Shown here: piece by piece, positions 56,805-64,000 of the stretch | Position numbering within the stretch: the first letter of the stretch is position 1 | Layout of the letters: each line of letters begins with the position of its first letter | Source of the DNA: Candidatus Parcubacteria bacterium | GTDB taxonomy: Bacteria > Patescibacteriota > Microgenomatia > UBA12405 | Assembly: GCA_023396915.1 (NCBI GenBank) | Contig: JAEWUV010000007.1 | Span: 18,077-82,076 of the forward strand | Length of the DNA: 64,000 bases | Direction: 5' to 3' | The notes under the pieces: generated by a model | What the model was told of the DNA's origin: nothing | Databases searched by the model: none | Seen by the model: only the letters and a program-made list of their open reading frames with translations | Program-made: the position numbers and the translations under genes

Positions 56805-57824
56805 ATGAAAAATATTAAACGTTCTATTACTAAATGTGACCCCGAATTTACTTATGAAAACGAACCAAGTCTAACTTTACAACTTTCTCACGTAACCGAA
56901 ATCGGCGCTATTTCAGCCGCTCACACTGCCGGTTTTGGTGATAAACAGAAAGCTGATTTTGAAGCCGTTAAGGCCATGAGGGATTTGTTTAATCGAATTG
57001 ATTTTCAAGGCAGAATAGTTATTGGTGAAGGAGAACGCGACGAGGCCCCCATGCTTTACATTGGAGAAAAGGTCGGAACAGGTAAAGGACCGGCTGTTGA
57101 TATTGCTATTGATCCACTTGAAAATACCAACGCTACGGCGGTTTTTGGCCCTCGTGCTGTCTCTGTCTTAGCCGCTTCCGAAAAGGGTGGTTTGTTCCAT
57201 GCCCCTGATATGTATTTAGAAAAATTAGTTGTTGGAGCCCAGGCGGCCGGCAAAGTATCTCTTGATTTTCCCGTAATTAAAAACTTAGAAGCCATTGCTA
57301 AATCATTAAACAGATCTATTTCTGATTTAGTTATTGTTGTTTTGGATAGAGATCGAAATGAAACCTTAATTTCAGAAATCAGACAAGCCGGAGCCAGAGT
57401 TAAGCTTATTCCAGATGGTGACTTAGTCCCCGGTGTAGCTGTTTGTATGGGTGGCTCTGGTATCCATGCTGTCATGGGTATTGGTGCAGCTCCCGAAGGA
57501 GTCATCACCTCTGCCGGTATCCGATGTTTAAAAGGTGAAATGCAAGCTCGTTTTTGGATCAGAGATGAAGCCGAAAAAGCCCGTCTAATTAAAATGGGTG
57601 GCCAGCCGGGTAAAATTTATACCCATAATGAATTAGCTAGCGGCAAAACTATTATCTTTTGTTGCACCGCTGTTACTGATGGTGAACTTTTCCGCGGTGT
57701 CAGGTTCTTTGGTGGCGGTGCCAGAACTACTAGTTTAGTTATGAGCACAAAATCAGGCAAAATTCGTTTTATTGAAACTACTCACATTTACGACAGAGAA
57801 AAACTTGAATATCGTTTAGCCTAA
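56805..57824 (+). CDS. glpX: fructose-1,6-bisphosphatase class II
   Basis: GlpX N-terminus and metal-binding region (EGERDEAPMLYIGEKVG ... DPLENT). Confidence 0.85.
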   Translation: MKNIKRSITKCDPEFTYENEPSLTLQLSHVTEIGAISAAHTAGFGDKQKADFEAVKAMRDLFNRIDFQGRIVIGEGERDEAPMLYIGEKVGTGKGPAVDIAIDPLENTNATAVFGPRAVSVLAASEKGGLFHAPDMYLEKLVVGAQAAGKVSLDFPVIKNLEAIAKSLNRSISDLVIVVLDRDRNETLISEIRQAGARVKLIPDGDLVPGVAVCMGGSGIHAVMGIGAAPEGVITSAGIRCLKGEMQARFWIRDEAEKARLIKMGGQPGKIYTHNELASGKTIIFCCTAVTDGELFRGVRFFGGGARTTSLVMSTKSGKIRFIETTHIYDREKLEYRLA

Positions 57825-57842
57825 AACCTCATTTCTAGTAAA

Positions 57843-57876
57843 CAAAAAAGCCCGGCAGTTGCCGGGCTTTTAAATA
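57843..57876. terminator. bidirectional rho-independent terminator between convergent glpX and fba
   Basis: aaaaaAGCCCGGCA-gt-TGCCGGGCTtttt. Perfect 9-bp GC-rich stem with a 2-nt loop, flanked by an A-tract and a T-tract. Confidence 0.7.
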
Positions 57877-57888
57877 TAAAATAAAATG

Positions 57889-58839
57889 TTAAGCCTTATT
57901 TTCACTACCAAAGACTTTTATTTTTCTTTTGACTACTTCTGTTACTGCATCTCTGGCTGGACCCAAATATTTTCTTGGATCAAATTCAGATGGATTTTCC
58001 ATAAAAAATTTCCTAATTTGTCCAGTAAAAGCTATTCTTAAATCAGTATCAATATTAATTTTTGTTACCCCCATTTTACTGGCCTTTGACAACATCTCTT
58101 CAGGAACACCTTGAGCATCTTCAATTTTTGCCCCGTATTGGTTACAAACTTTAACCAAATCTTGGGGTACACTAGACGATCCATGTAAAACCAATGGGTA
58201 ATCCCAGCCTAAAAGTTCTTTAATTTTTGTAAGTCTGTCAAAATCCAATTTTGGTTCACATTTAAATTTATAAGCTCCATGACTTGTCCCAATAGCTACT
58301 GCCAAAGAATCACATCCGGTTCTTTCCACAAATTCTTTAGCTTTTTCTGGGTCAGTATAAATAGCATTAGCGCTTTCAACTGAAACTGCATCTTCAATTC
58401 CGGCTAATTTCCCCAATTCAGCTTCAACTACCACACCCTTGTCGTGAGCATAATCAACCACCTCTTTAGTTAACTTGATATTTTCTTCAAAATCGTGTGC
58501 AGAGGCGTCAATCATCACTGATGAAAATCCATCATCGATACAAGCTTTACAAATTTCAAAATCTTCGCCATGATCCAAGTGTAAAGCAATTGGGATTGTT
58601 GATGTTTCCAGGGCTGCTTCAGCCAATTTAATTAAATATTTACTATTGGCGTATTTTCTAGCCCCTGCAGAAACTTGCAATATTAATGGTGATTTCAATT
58701 CTTCTCCTGCTGTTACAATCCCTTGTAACAACTCCATATTATTAATATTAAAAGCTCCGATAGCATATTTACCATCTAAAGCTTTTTTAAAAAGTTCTTT
58801 TGTGGTTACTAGTTTATTCATATTAATTAATTCTATCAT
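57889..58839 (-). CDS. fba: class II fructose/tagatose-bisphosphate aldolase
   Basis: Class II FBA N-terminus (AIGAFNINNMELLQGIV), Zn ligands (HLDHG...), 316 aa. Confidence 0.85.
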   Translation of the reverse strand: MIELINMNKLVTTKELFKKALDGKYAIGAFNINNMELLQGIVTAGEELKSPLILQVSAGARKYANSKYLIKLAEAALETSTIPIALHLDHGEDFEICKACIDDGFSSVMIDASAHDFEENIKLTKEVVDYAHDKGVVVEAELGKLAGIEDAVSVESANAIYTDPEKAKEFVERTGCDSLAVAIGTSHGAYKFKCEPKLDFDRLTKIKELLGWDYPLVLHGSSSVPQDLVKVCNQYGAKIEDAQGVPEEMLSKASKMGVTKINIDTDLRIAFTGQIRKFFMENPSEFDPRKYLGPARDAVTEVVKRKIKVFGSENKA

Positions 58840-58859
58840 TTAGCTGATAAAATAAAAGC

Positions 58860-59879
58860 ATGCTTAGTTTTAAAATTTGTGCCAGACGAATTTGGAAAGA
58901 AATTAATCGCTCCTCAAAAATTCTTCTTCATCTACACCCCAGCCCTGATGGTGATTCTATTGGTTCAGCTTTAGCCATGTATCACGCTTTAACCGGTTTG
59001 GGCAAAAATGTTACTTTAATCCAGGGCGACACTCCTATTCCTCAAAATTTATTACACCTTCCGGGAACCGATAAAATCAACCCTAAAAATATTACCCAAA
59101 TTGATCTTAATCAATATGATTTATTTTTAATTCTTGATTCTTCTTCTGTTAATCAAATCACTAAAATCAATGGCTTTAAACTTCCTAAAAAACTAAAAAC
59201 TATTGTTATCGACCATCATCAGAGTAATGAAAAATTCGGCAAAGTAAATATGGTTATTCCTACCAGCCCGGCTACTGCTCAAATAGTTTACGATCTTTTG
59301 ACTTATCGAAAAATAAAAATTACCCCCAAAATCGCTGCTTGTATTTATGTTGGTATTTATACTGACAGTGGTGCTTTCAAATATTTTAATCCCACATACA
59401 AAACTTTTAATATTGCTTCCCAGTTGGCTAAAATTTATCCACAATTTCCCAAACTTATTTTTGATATAGAAAATTCAGATCACCCTGACCGTCTAAAATT
59501 TATTTCCTTAGTCTTATCCTCTATAAAAACTTTTCATTCTAACCATGTAGCTGTTGCTTCACTTTCTTATAATCAAATTAATGACAATAATCTTAACATT
59601 AATAATGTCGGGGGTTATTCCGAAATAGCCAATATGATTAAATCGGTTATAGGTTGGGATATTGCTGTTACTTTGGTTGAACTTCAACCAAATGTAGTGA
59701 AAGTTAGTCTGCGAACTAGAAACAGTGATCTTTATGATCTATCTAAAATAGCCGTATCCACTAAAAGTGGTGGGGGACACAAAGCCGCTGCTGGTGCCAC
59801 TGTAAATATGAGCCTAGAAAAATCCCAAGATTTAATTCTTTCTATTATTAAAAAACTTTATCCAAAAATTGATCAATAA
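58860..59879 (+). CDS. nrnA: DHH/DHHA1 phosphoesterase (NrnA-like nanoRNase/pAp phosphatase)
   Basis: HPSPDGDSIGSALAM (DHH motif I), DHH (IDHHQ), and a C-terminal DHHA1 GGGH (SGGGHKAAAG). Confidence 0.75.
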   Translation: MLSFKICARRIWKEINRSSKILLHLHPSPDGDSIGSALAMYHALTGLGKNVTLIQGDTPIPQNLLHLPGTDKINPKNITQIDLNQYDLFLILDSSSVNQITKINGFKLPKKLKTIVIDHHQSNEKFGKVNMVIPTSPATAQIVYDLLTYRKIKITPKIAACIYVGIYTDSGAFKYFNPTYKTFNIASQLAKIYPQFPKLIFDIENSDHPDRLKFISLVLSSIKTFHSNHVAVASLSYNQINDNNLNINNVGGYSEIANMIKSVIGWDIAVTLVELQPNVVKVSLRTRNSDLYDLSKIAVSTKSGGGHKAAAGATVNMSLEKSQDLILSIIKKLYPKIDQ

Positions 59880-59885
59880 ATAATT

Positions 59886-60290
59886 ATGGATGATTGTATT
59901 TTTTGCAAAATAGTCAAAGGGGAAATTCCTTGTTACAAAGTTTACGAAGACGATTTATTCTTAGCCTTTTTAGATATTAATCCAGTAGCTGCAGGGCATG
60001 TTTTGTTAGTCCCCAAGAAACATTATCGCTGGGTCTATGATGTTCCGGAATTTGAAAAATACTGGAAAATTGCTCAAAAAATTGCTTTAGCTATCAAAAA
60101 TTCTTCTTTAAATCCCGATTTTGTTACCTTTTTAACCATAGGCAATGAAGTTCCTCACTCCCATATCCACATCATTCCCCGAAACAATTCTGATCAAGTT
60201 GGTTCTGTCTTGAGCTCTATTCCTCATCAAAAATTTTCTGGTGAGGAGTTTAGTAAGATTACTACCACTATTAAAGATTCACTTAAATAA
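59886..60290 (+). CDS. HIT-family (histidine triad) nucleotide hydrolase
   Basis: CIFCKIV ... HSHIHIIPR (HxHxHxx). Confidence 0.8.
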   Translation: MDDCIFCKIVKGEIPCYKVYEDDLFLAFLDINPVAAGHVLLVPKKHYRWVYDVPEFEKYWKIAQKIALAIKNSSLNPDFVTFLTIGNEVPHSHIHIIPRNNSDQVGSVLSSIPHQKFSGEEFSKITTTIKDSLK

Positions 60291-60559
60291 TGGAAAATAC
60301 CAAAGAGATAATTAACCAATTAGATTTATTAAATCAAAAAGTTGATAAATATCTTAACCCAAAAAAAATGATTTGGAACAACTTTGTCTTTGGGATTTCT
60401 CGTGCTCTTGGTTATCTTTTTGGCATGATTATTATCGCCTCTTTAATAGCCTATTTATTATCTAAAATCGGAATCGGCCATTATATAACCGATTGGATTA
60501 AAGACAATCAAGCAATTCTTAATTCCCAGATCTCTGTGCCCGTACCCGATCAACCTTAG
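60290..60559 (+). CDS. small membrane protein, unknown function
   Basis: 89 aa with one central TM helix. Its 3' end overlaps convergent typA by 41 nt, so the true extent is uncertain. Confidence 0.4.
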   Translation: MENTKEIINQLDLLNQKVDKYLNPKKMIWNNFVFGISRALGYLFGMIIIASLIAYLLSKIGIGHYITDWIKDNQAILNSQISVPVPDQP

Positions 60560-62357
60560 TCAAAAGTTTCTTGCGCAATCTAATCTTTTTTGGTGTTACA
60601 TCAATCAACTCATCGGCGTTAATAAAATCCAAACATTCTTCCAAAGAGTAATGGACTGGTGGGGCTAAAATTATTGAACTATCACTTCCAGCCGCACGCA
60701 TATTAGTTAACTGTTTCCCTTTACACACATTTATTTCCAAATCTCCAATCATTGGTCTAAAACCCACAATCTGTCCCTCATAGACCATTTCTGTTGGTTC
60801 CACAAAAGTAATTCCTCTTTTTTGAGCCAAATCTAAACCAAAAGACAAAGCCTTACCACTTTCAGAGGCAATTAATACACCGTTTCTTTCTTTTTTATCA
60901 TCGTCTTTTTTGGGTTCATAACCCAAAAACAAAGCCGATATTGATACTAAACCTTTTGTCTCTGTTACCAGTACACTTCTCAACCCCAAAGCATTCCTTT
61001 CGCTAATCTTATACATCATTTTTACTCCTGACTTATCATCAGTTTGCATATCTATCATTTCTGCTCTTCTTTTCCCCATTTCAGCCGTAATCGTTCCCAC
61101 AAATTCTTCTGGGGTCAAAATAGTTAACTCATTAAATGGTTCACAAATTTTCCCATCAATAGTTTTTAAAATTACTTCTGGTTTACCAACTTCCATGGCA
61201 TAATTTTCTCTTCTTAATTTTTCAATCAATATCGCCAAGTGTAACTCTCCTCGTCCAGAAACCACCATTCTAATACTGTCTCTTGGGTCATCTTCTAGTT
61301 TTAAACCTAAGTTTGTTTCTACCTCACGTTGTAATCTTTCTTTTAACTCTCGACTAGTTAAAAATTTTGCTTCATCTTTGGCATATACACTTGTATTTGG
61401 CCCAAAACTGGCTTTCAACGTCGGCGGGGTAATTTCGATCGAAGGCATGGCCACTTGGCAATTAATGTCAGTCAAGGTTTGTCCAATTTCTATTTCGTTA
61501 ATACCAGCAATATAGACGATGTCTCCGCTAATAGCTTCATCCACTTCAACTTTATTAATACCTTCATTTATATACATTCGTTCCACCCTAAAGTTTCCCT
61601 TTGTTTTTTGATCAGAGTTTACCAATGAAACAGGCATTCCTTTTTTGATTTTGCCTCGATTAACTCTGCCAACTGCCAATCTTCCTAAATATTCGTTTTT
61701 TTCAAAAGAAGAAACTAGCATTTGAAAAGGTTTGTCGATTTCTTTAACTGCCTTAGGTATAGTCTCTAATATTTGGTCTAACAGAGGAAAAATATTTGAT
61801 TTTTCTTCTATGTTATCCGGCATTTTTGTAAAAGCTTTTCCTTCTTTGCCGATACTATAAATTATAGGAAAATCTAGTAATTCCGGATCACTAGCCAAAG
61901 ATAAAAACAAATTTTCAGTATCATTTATTACTTCCTTTACTCGTTGATCTTTTCTGTCAATTTTATTAATTACCAAAATTACTTTTAATCCATAATCCAA
62001 AGCTTTTTTAAGTACAAATTTAGTCTGAGACAATGGGCCTTCGGCCGCATCTACTATTAACAACACTCCATCTGCCATATTCAAAACTCTTTCCACTTCA
62101 CCCCCAAAATCTGCATGTCCTGGGGTATCAATAATATTAATTTTTGTTCCTTTATAAAGTATTGATGTATTTTTTGACAAAATTGTTATTCCCTTTTCTC
62201 TCTCCAAATCATTACTATCCATAATTCTGTCCATATTCATTTCATCTTGGTTTTCCCGAAAAGTATGGGTTTGTTTAAGCAAGGCATCCACTAAAGTCGT
62301 TTTACCATGGTCCACATGGGCAATAACAGCAACATTTCTAATATCGGTTTCAGGCAT
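60519..62357 (-). CDS. typA: translational GTPase TypA/BipA
   Basis: [10 protein letters not shown]...DTPGHADF...NKID, and EF-G-like domains over 612 aa. Confidence 0.9.
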   Translation of the reverse strand: MPETDIRNVAVIAHVDHGKTTLVDALLKQTHTFRENQDEMNMDRIMDSNDLEREKGITILSKNTSILYKGTKINIIDTPGHADFGGEVERVLNMADGVLLIVDAAEGPLSQTKFVLKKALDYGLKVILVINKIDRKDQRVKEVINDTENLFLSLASDPELLDFPIIYSIGKEGKAFTKMPDNIEEKSNIFPLLDQILETIPKAVKEIDKPFQMLVSSFEKNEYLGRLAVGRVNRGKIKKGMPVSLVNSDQKTKGNFRVERMYINEGINKVEVDEAISGDIVYIAGINEIEIGQTLTDINCQVAMPSIEITPPTLKASFGPNTSVYAKDEAKFLTSRELKERLQREVETNLGLKLEDDPRDSIRMVVSGRGELHLAILIEKLRRENYAMEVGKPEVILKTIDGKICEPFNELTILTPEEFVGTITAEMGKRRAEMIDMQTDDKSGVKMMYKISERNALGLRSVLVTETKGLVSISALFLGYEPKKDDDKKERNGVLIASESGKALSFGLDLAQKRGITFVEPTEMVYEGQIVGFRPMIGDLEINVCKGKQLTNMRAAGSDSSIILAPPVHYSLEECLDFINADELIDVTPKKIRLRKKLLTKVDRVRAQRSGN

Positions 62358-62427
62358 TCGCTTATTCTACTACAAGATTAAAATTAATCAATCATTGGGG
62401 ATAAATTAAAACAAGCTATAATAATCT

Positions 62428-63216
62428 ATGTTTAAAAAATTATTATTAATTTTATTTTCGTTAATAATTCTACTTTCTTTATCTTTTGTTTTAATTAAGA
62501 ACTTCTTTCCTCAAAAAATTGAAAATAAGATTACTCAAATTACCGATAAAGTCGAAAAAATTAAAGAGACCATTGCTCCAGAACCGACAAAAATTTTAGA
62601 AACTGGTTTACCCGACAAGCATTTGATTAAAGCTTTATTTGTTCCTCAATCACCGGAAAAAAACTGGGACCAACCTTGGCAAGATGCTTGTGAAGAAGCA
62701 TCCTTACTCACGGTTGATTATTTTTATAAAAATAATCACTCTGCCGATATTAATGCTATCAAAAATGATTTATTAAAAATGATTGATTTTGAAAATCAAC
62801 AGTCTTTTACTCATGATATGAATGTGGCTCAAATGAGCTTTGTAGCTCAAAATTATCTGAATTATTCCACAAAAATTATTAACAACCCTACAGTTAACGA
62901 CATTAAAACTTATATCTTTCAAGATATACCGATTATAGTTCCAGCTAACGGCAAGATTTTATACCAGGAAAACAAACATTTTAATTCCGGTGGACCTTAT
63001 TACCATAATTTAGTTATTATTGGTTACGACGATACCAAACAAAAATTTGTCGTTCACGACGTTGGTACTCAATTTGGTGCTTATTATAAATATTCCTATT
63101 CACTACTTATGGAAAGTATTCACGATTTTCCGGAATCTAAAAATAAAGAAGATATCAATCGGGGTGAAAAAAGGGTCTTAATTCTGCTACAATTAACAGA
63201 TGAAATCAAAAATTAA
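62428..63216 (+). CDS. secreted/membrane-anchored C39-like (YvpB-type) papain-fold peptidase-domain protein
   Basis: N-terminal TM, then QPWQDACEEASLLTVDYFY (Cys) and HNLVIIGYDD (His), matching the order of C39_2-type domains. Confidence 0.55.
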   Translation: MFKKLLLILFSLIILLSLSFVLIKNFFPQKIENKITQITDKVEKIKETIAPEPTKILETGLPDKHLIKALFVPQSPEKNWDQPWQDACEEASLLTVDYFYKNNHSADINAIKNDLLKMIDFENQQSFTHDMNVAQMSFVAQNYLNYSTKIINNPTVNDIKTYIFQDIPIIVPANGKILYQENKHFNSGGPYYHNLVIIGYDDTKQKFVVHDVGTQFGAYYKYSYSLLMESIHDFPESKNKEDINRGEKRVLILLQLTDEIKN

Positions 63217-63796
63217 ATATCTATCTTTAATTATTATTTCTTCTTTATTAATTTCCGGTTGTACTGTCAAAAAAACTCAGGAAGAAAACATCGACTTAAA
63301 CGCTGTTGTCACCCCTGAAGATAGTCTCACCGTCACTCCAAGTACCAATATGACTCAAACTAATCCTGTCGTTTCTTTAAAAACCAAAAACGGGGAAATT
63401 TTAATCAAACTTTATCAAGACAAAACTCCTAATACTGTTACTAACTTTATCAGTAAAGCCGATAGCGGCTACTATGATAATCTTATTTTTCATCGGGTAA
63501 TTCCTGGGTTTATGGCTCAAGGTGGTGATCCGACCGGTACCGGTATGGGTGGCGGTCGTCAAGACTCTGAATTAAATGATGTTCCTTTTGTCAGAGGCAG
63601 CCTTGGTTTAGCCAGAACTTCCGAGACTAAATTAGTTAGTAATGATAGTCAATTTTTTATTTGTTTTACCACCCAAGGTTGTCAACATTTAACCTCTGAC
63701 TACGTTAATTTTGGTGAAGTTATCTCCGGTCTTGATGTTTTAGACAAAATTGTTCAAGGCGACAAAATTCTTTCTATTACTTCTCAAACCAAATAA
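63200..63796 (+). CDS. ppiB: cyclophilin-type peptidyl-prolyl isomerase, lipoprotein
   Basis: Lipobox LISGC, and cyclophilin core FHRVIPGFMAQGGDPTGTGMGG. Confidence 0.85.
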   Translation: MKSKIKYLSLIIISSLLISGCTVKKTQEENIDLNAVVTPEDSLTVTPSTNMTQTNPVVSLKTKNGEILIKLYQDKTPNTVTNFISKADSGYYDNLIFHRVIPGFMAQGGDPTGTGMGGGRQDSELNDVPFVRGSLGLARTSETKLVSNDSQFFICFTTQGCQHLTSDYVNFGEVISGLDVLDKIVQGDKILSITSQTK

Positions 63797-64000
63797 ATGA
63801 CCCAAAAAATAATTACAATTTTAGTCGGAATAGGTTTACTTTTTGCTCTCTTTTTTACCCTGACTCAATCATTTAAAAAAGCGACTAATAAAACATTGAC
63901 TCAAGAAGCCACTCAAAGTGCCCAAACCAACCAAATCACTGAAACTAAATTTGTCGACCCATACAAGGACTACCCCAAATTTGATAATCCAGATTTAGTA
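63797..64000 (+). CDS. hypothetical membrane-anchored protein, 3' end outside the window
   Basis: The ATG directly abuts the ppi stop (TAAATG). N-terminal TM (IITILVGIGLLFALFFTL). Open to the window end. Confidence 0.4.
   Translation, partial: MTQKIITILVGIGLLFALFFTLTQSFKKATNKTLTQEATQSAQTNQITETKFVDPYKDYPKFDNPDLV

Noticed and set aside
57056-57508. 150-aa minus-strand ORF inside glpX, and similar antisense ORFs (16686-16871, 19364-19666, 23107-23463, 38549-38863, 54916-55293)
   Set aside because: Each is fully contained within a strongly supported gene on the opposite strand and has an antisense-type composition rich in Ala, Pro, Ser and Leu.
1-64000. Possibility of an alternative genetic code (UGA recoded, as in some candidate phyla)
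   Set aside because: All long housekeeping ORFs are full length and tightly spaced when called with standard stops. Under code 4 or 25 they would appear fragmented at TGA. Standard code 11 fits.

Overview
This 64-kb window reads as an AT-rich (about 35% GC by eye), very gene-dense bacterial chromosome segment. It uses the standard genetic code, since all long housekeeping ORFs are intact with TAA/TAG/TGA stops. Genes are short, often overlap or touch at their ends, and have weak or absent Shine-Dalgarno sequences. The content and style look like a reduced Candidate Phyla Radiation / Patescibacteria-type genome, but this is inference from gene content only. Most of the window is recognisable core machinery: four aaRS (gltX, argS, lysS, serS), obg, era, typA, lon, secA, greA, trmD, rlmN, a KsgA/Erm-type methyltransferase, dus, trxA, nadE, rel, uvrB-uvrA-uvrC, pyk/fba/glpX, a phosphohexomutase and an M29 aminopeptidase. 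There is also a competence/DNA-uptake set (comM-yraN-dprA plus a secreted SNase), cell-envelope and glycosylation genes (GT2-GtrA fusion, RmlA-like, two GT-C-like membrane proteins, LCP, sortase, D-Ala-D-Ala carboxypeptidase fragment), and two tRNAs on the minus strand (Gln-CUG, Glu-CUC). No rRNA, CRISPR array, transposase, integrase or phage structural gene was seen. The non-housekeeping content worth attention is:

- A co-directional minus-strand block starting 28 nt after tRNA-Glu: an active-site-degenerate GlnD-type nucleotidyltransferase, a separate 605-aa HD-domain protein, a 142-aa unknown and a +1-frameshifted MGMT.
- A trio of small unknown ORFs wedged between lon and argS.
- A stand-alone RGG-box/zinc-ribbon protein.
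- A small family of GC-rich hairpins sharing a YATC loop, one copy in frame inside uvrC.
- A GC-rich 97-nt intergenic element.
- A promoter-hairpin-U7 leader in front of greA.
- lysS translationally coupled to a YqeK-like HD hydrolase.
- A sortase-rel-unknown operon.

All functional calls are from motif recognition by eye. No database searches or computations were run.
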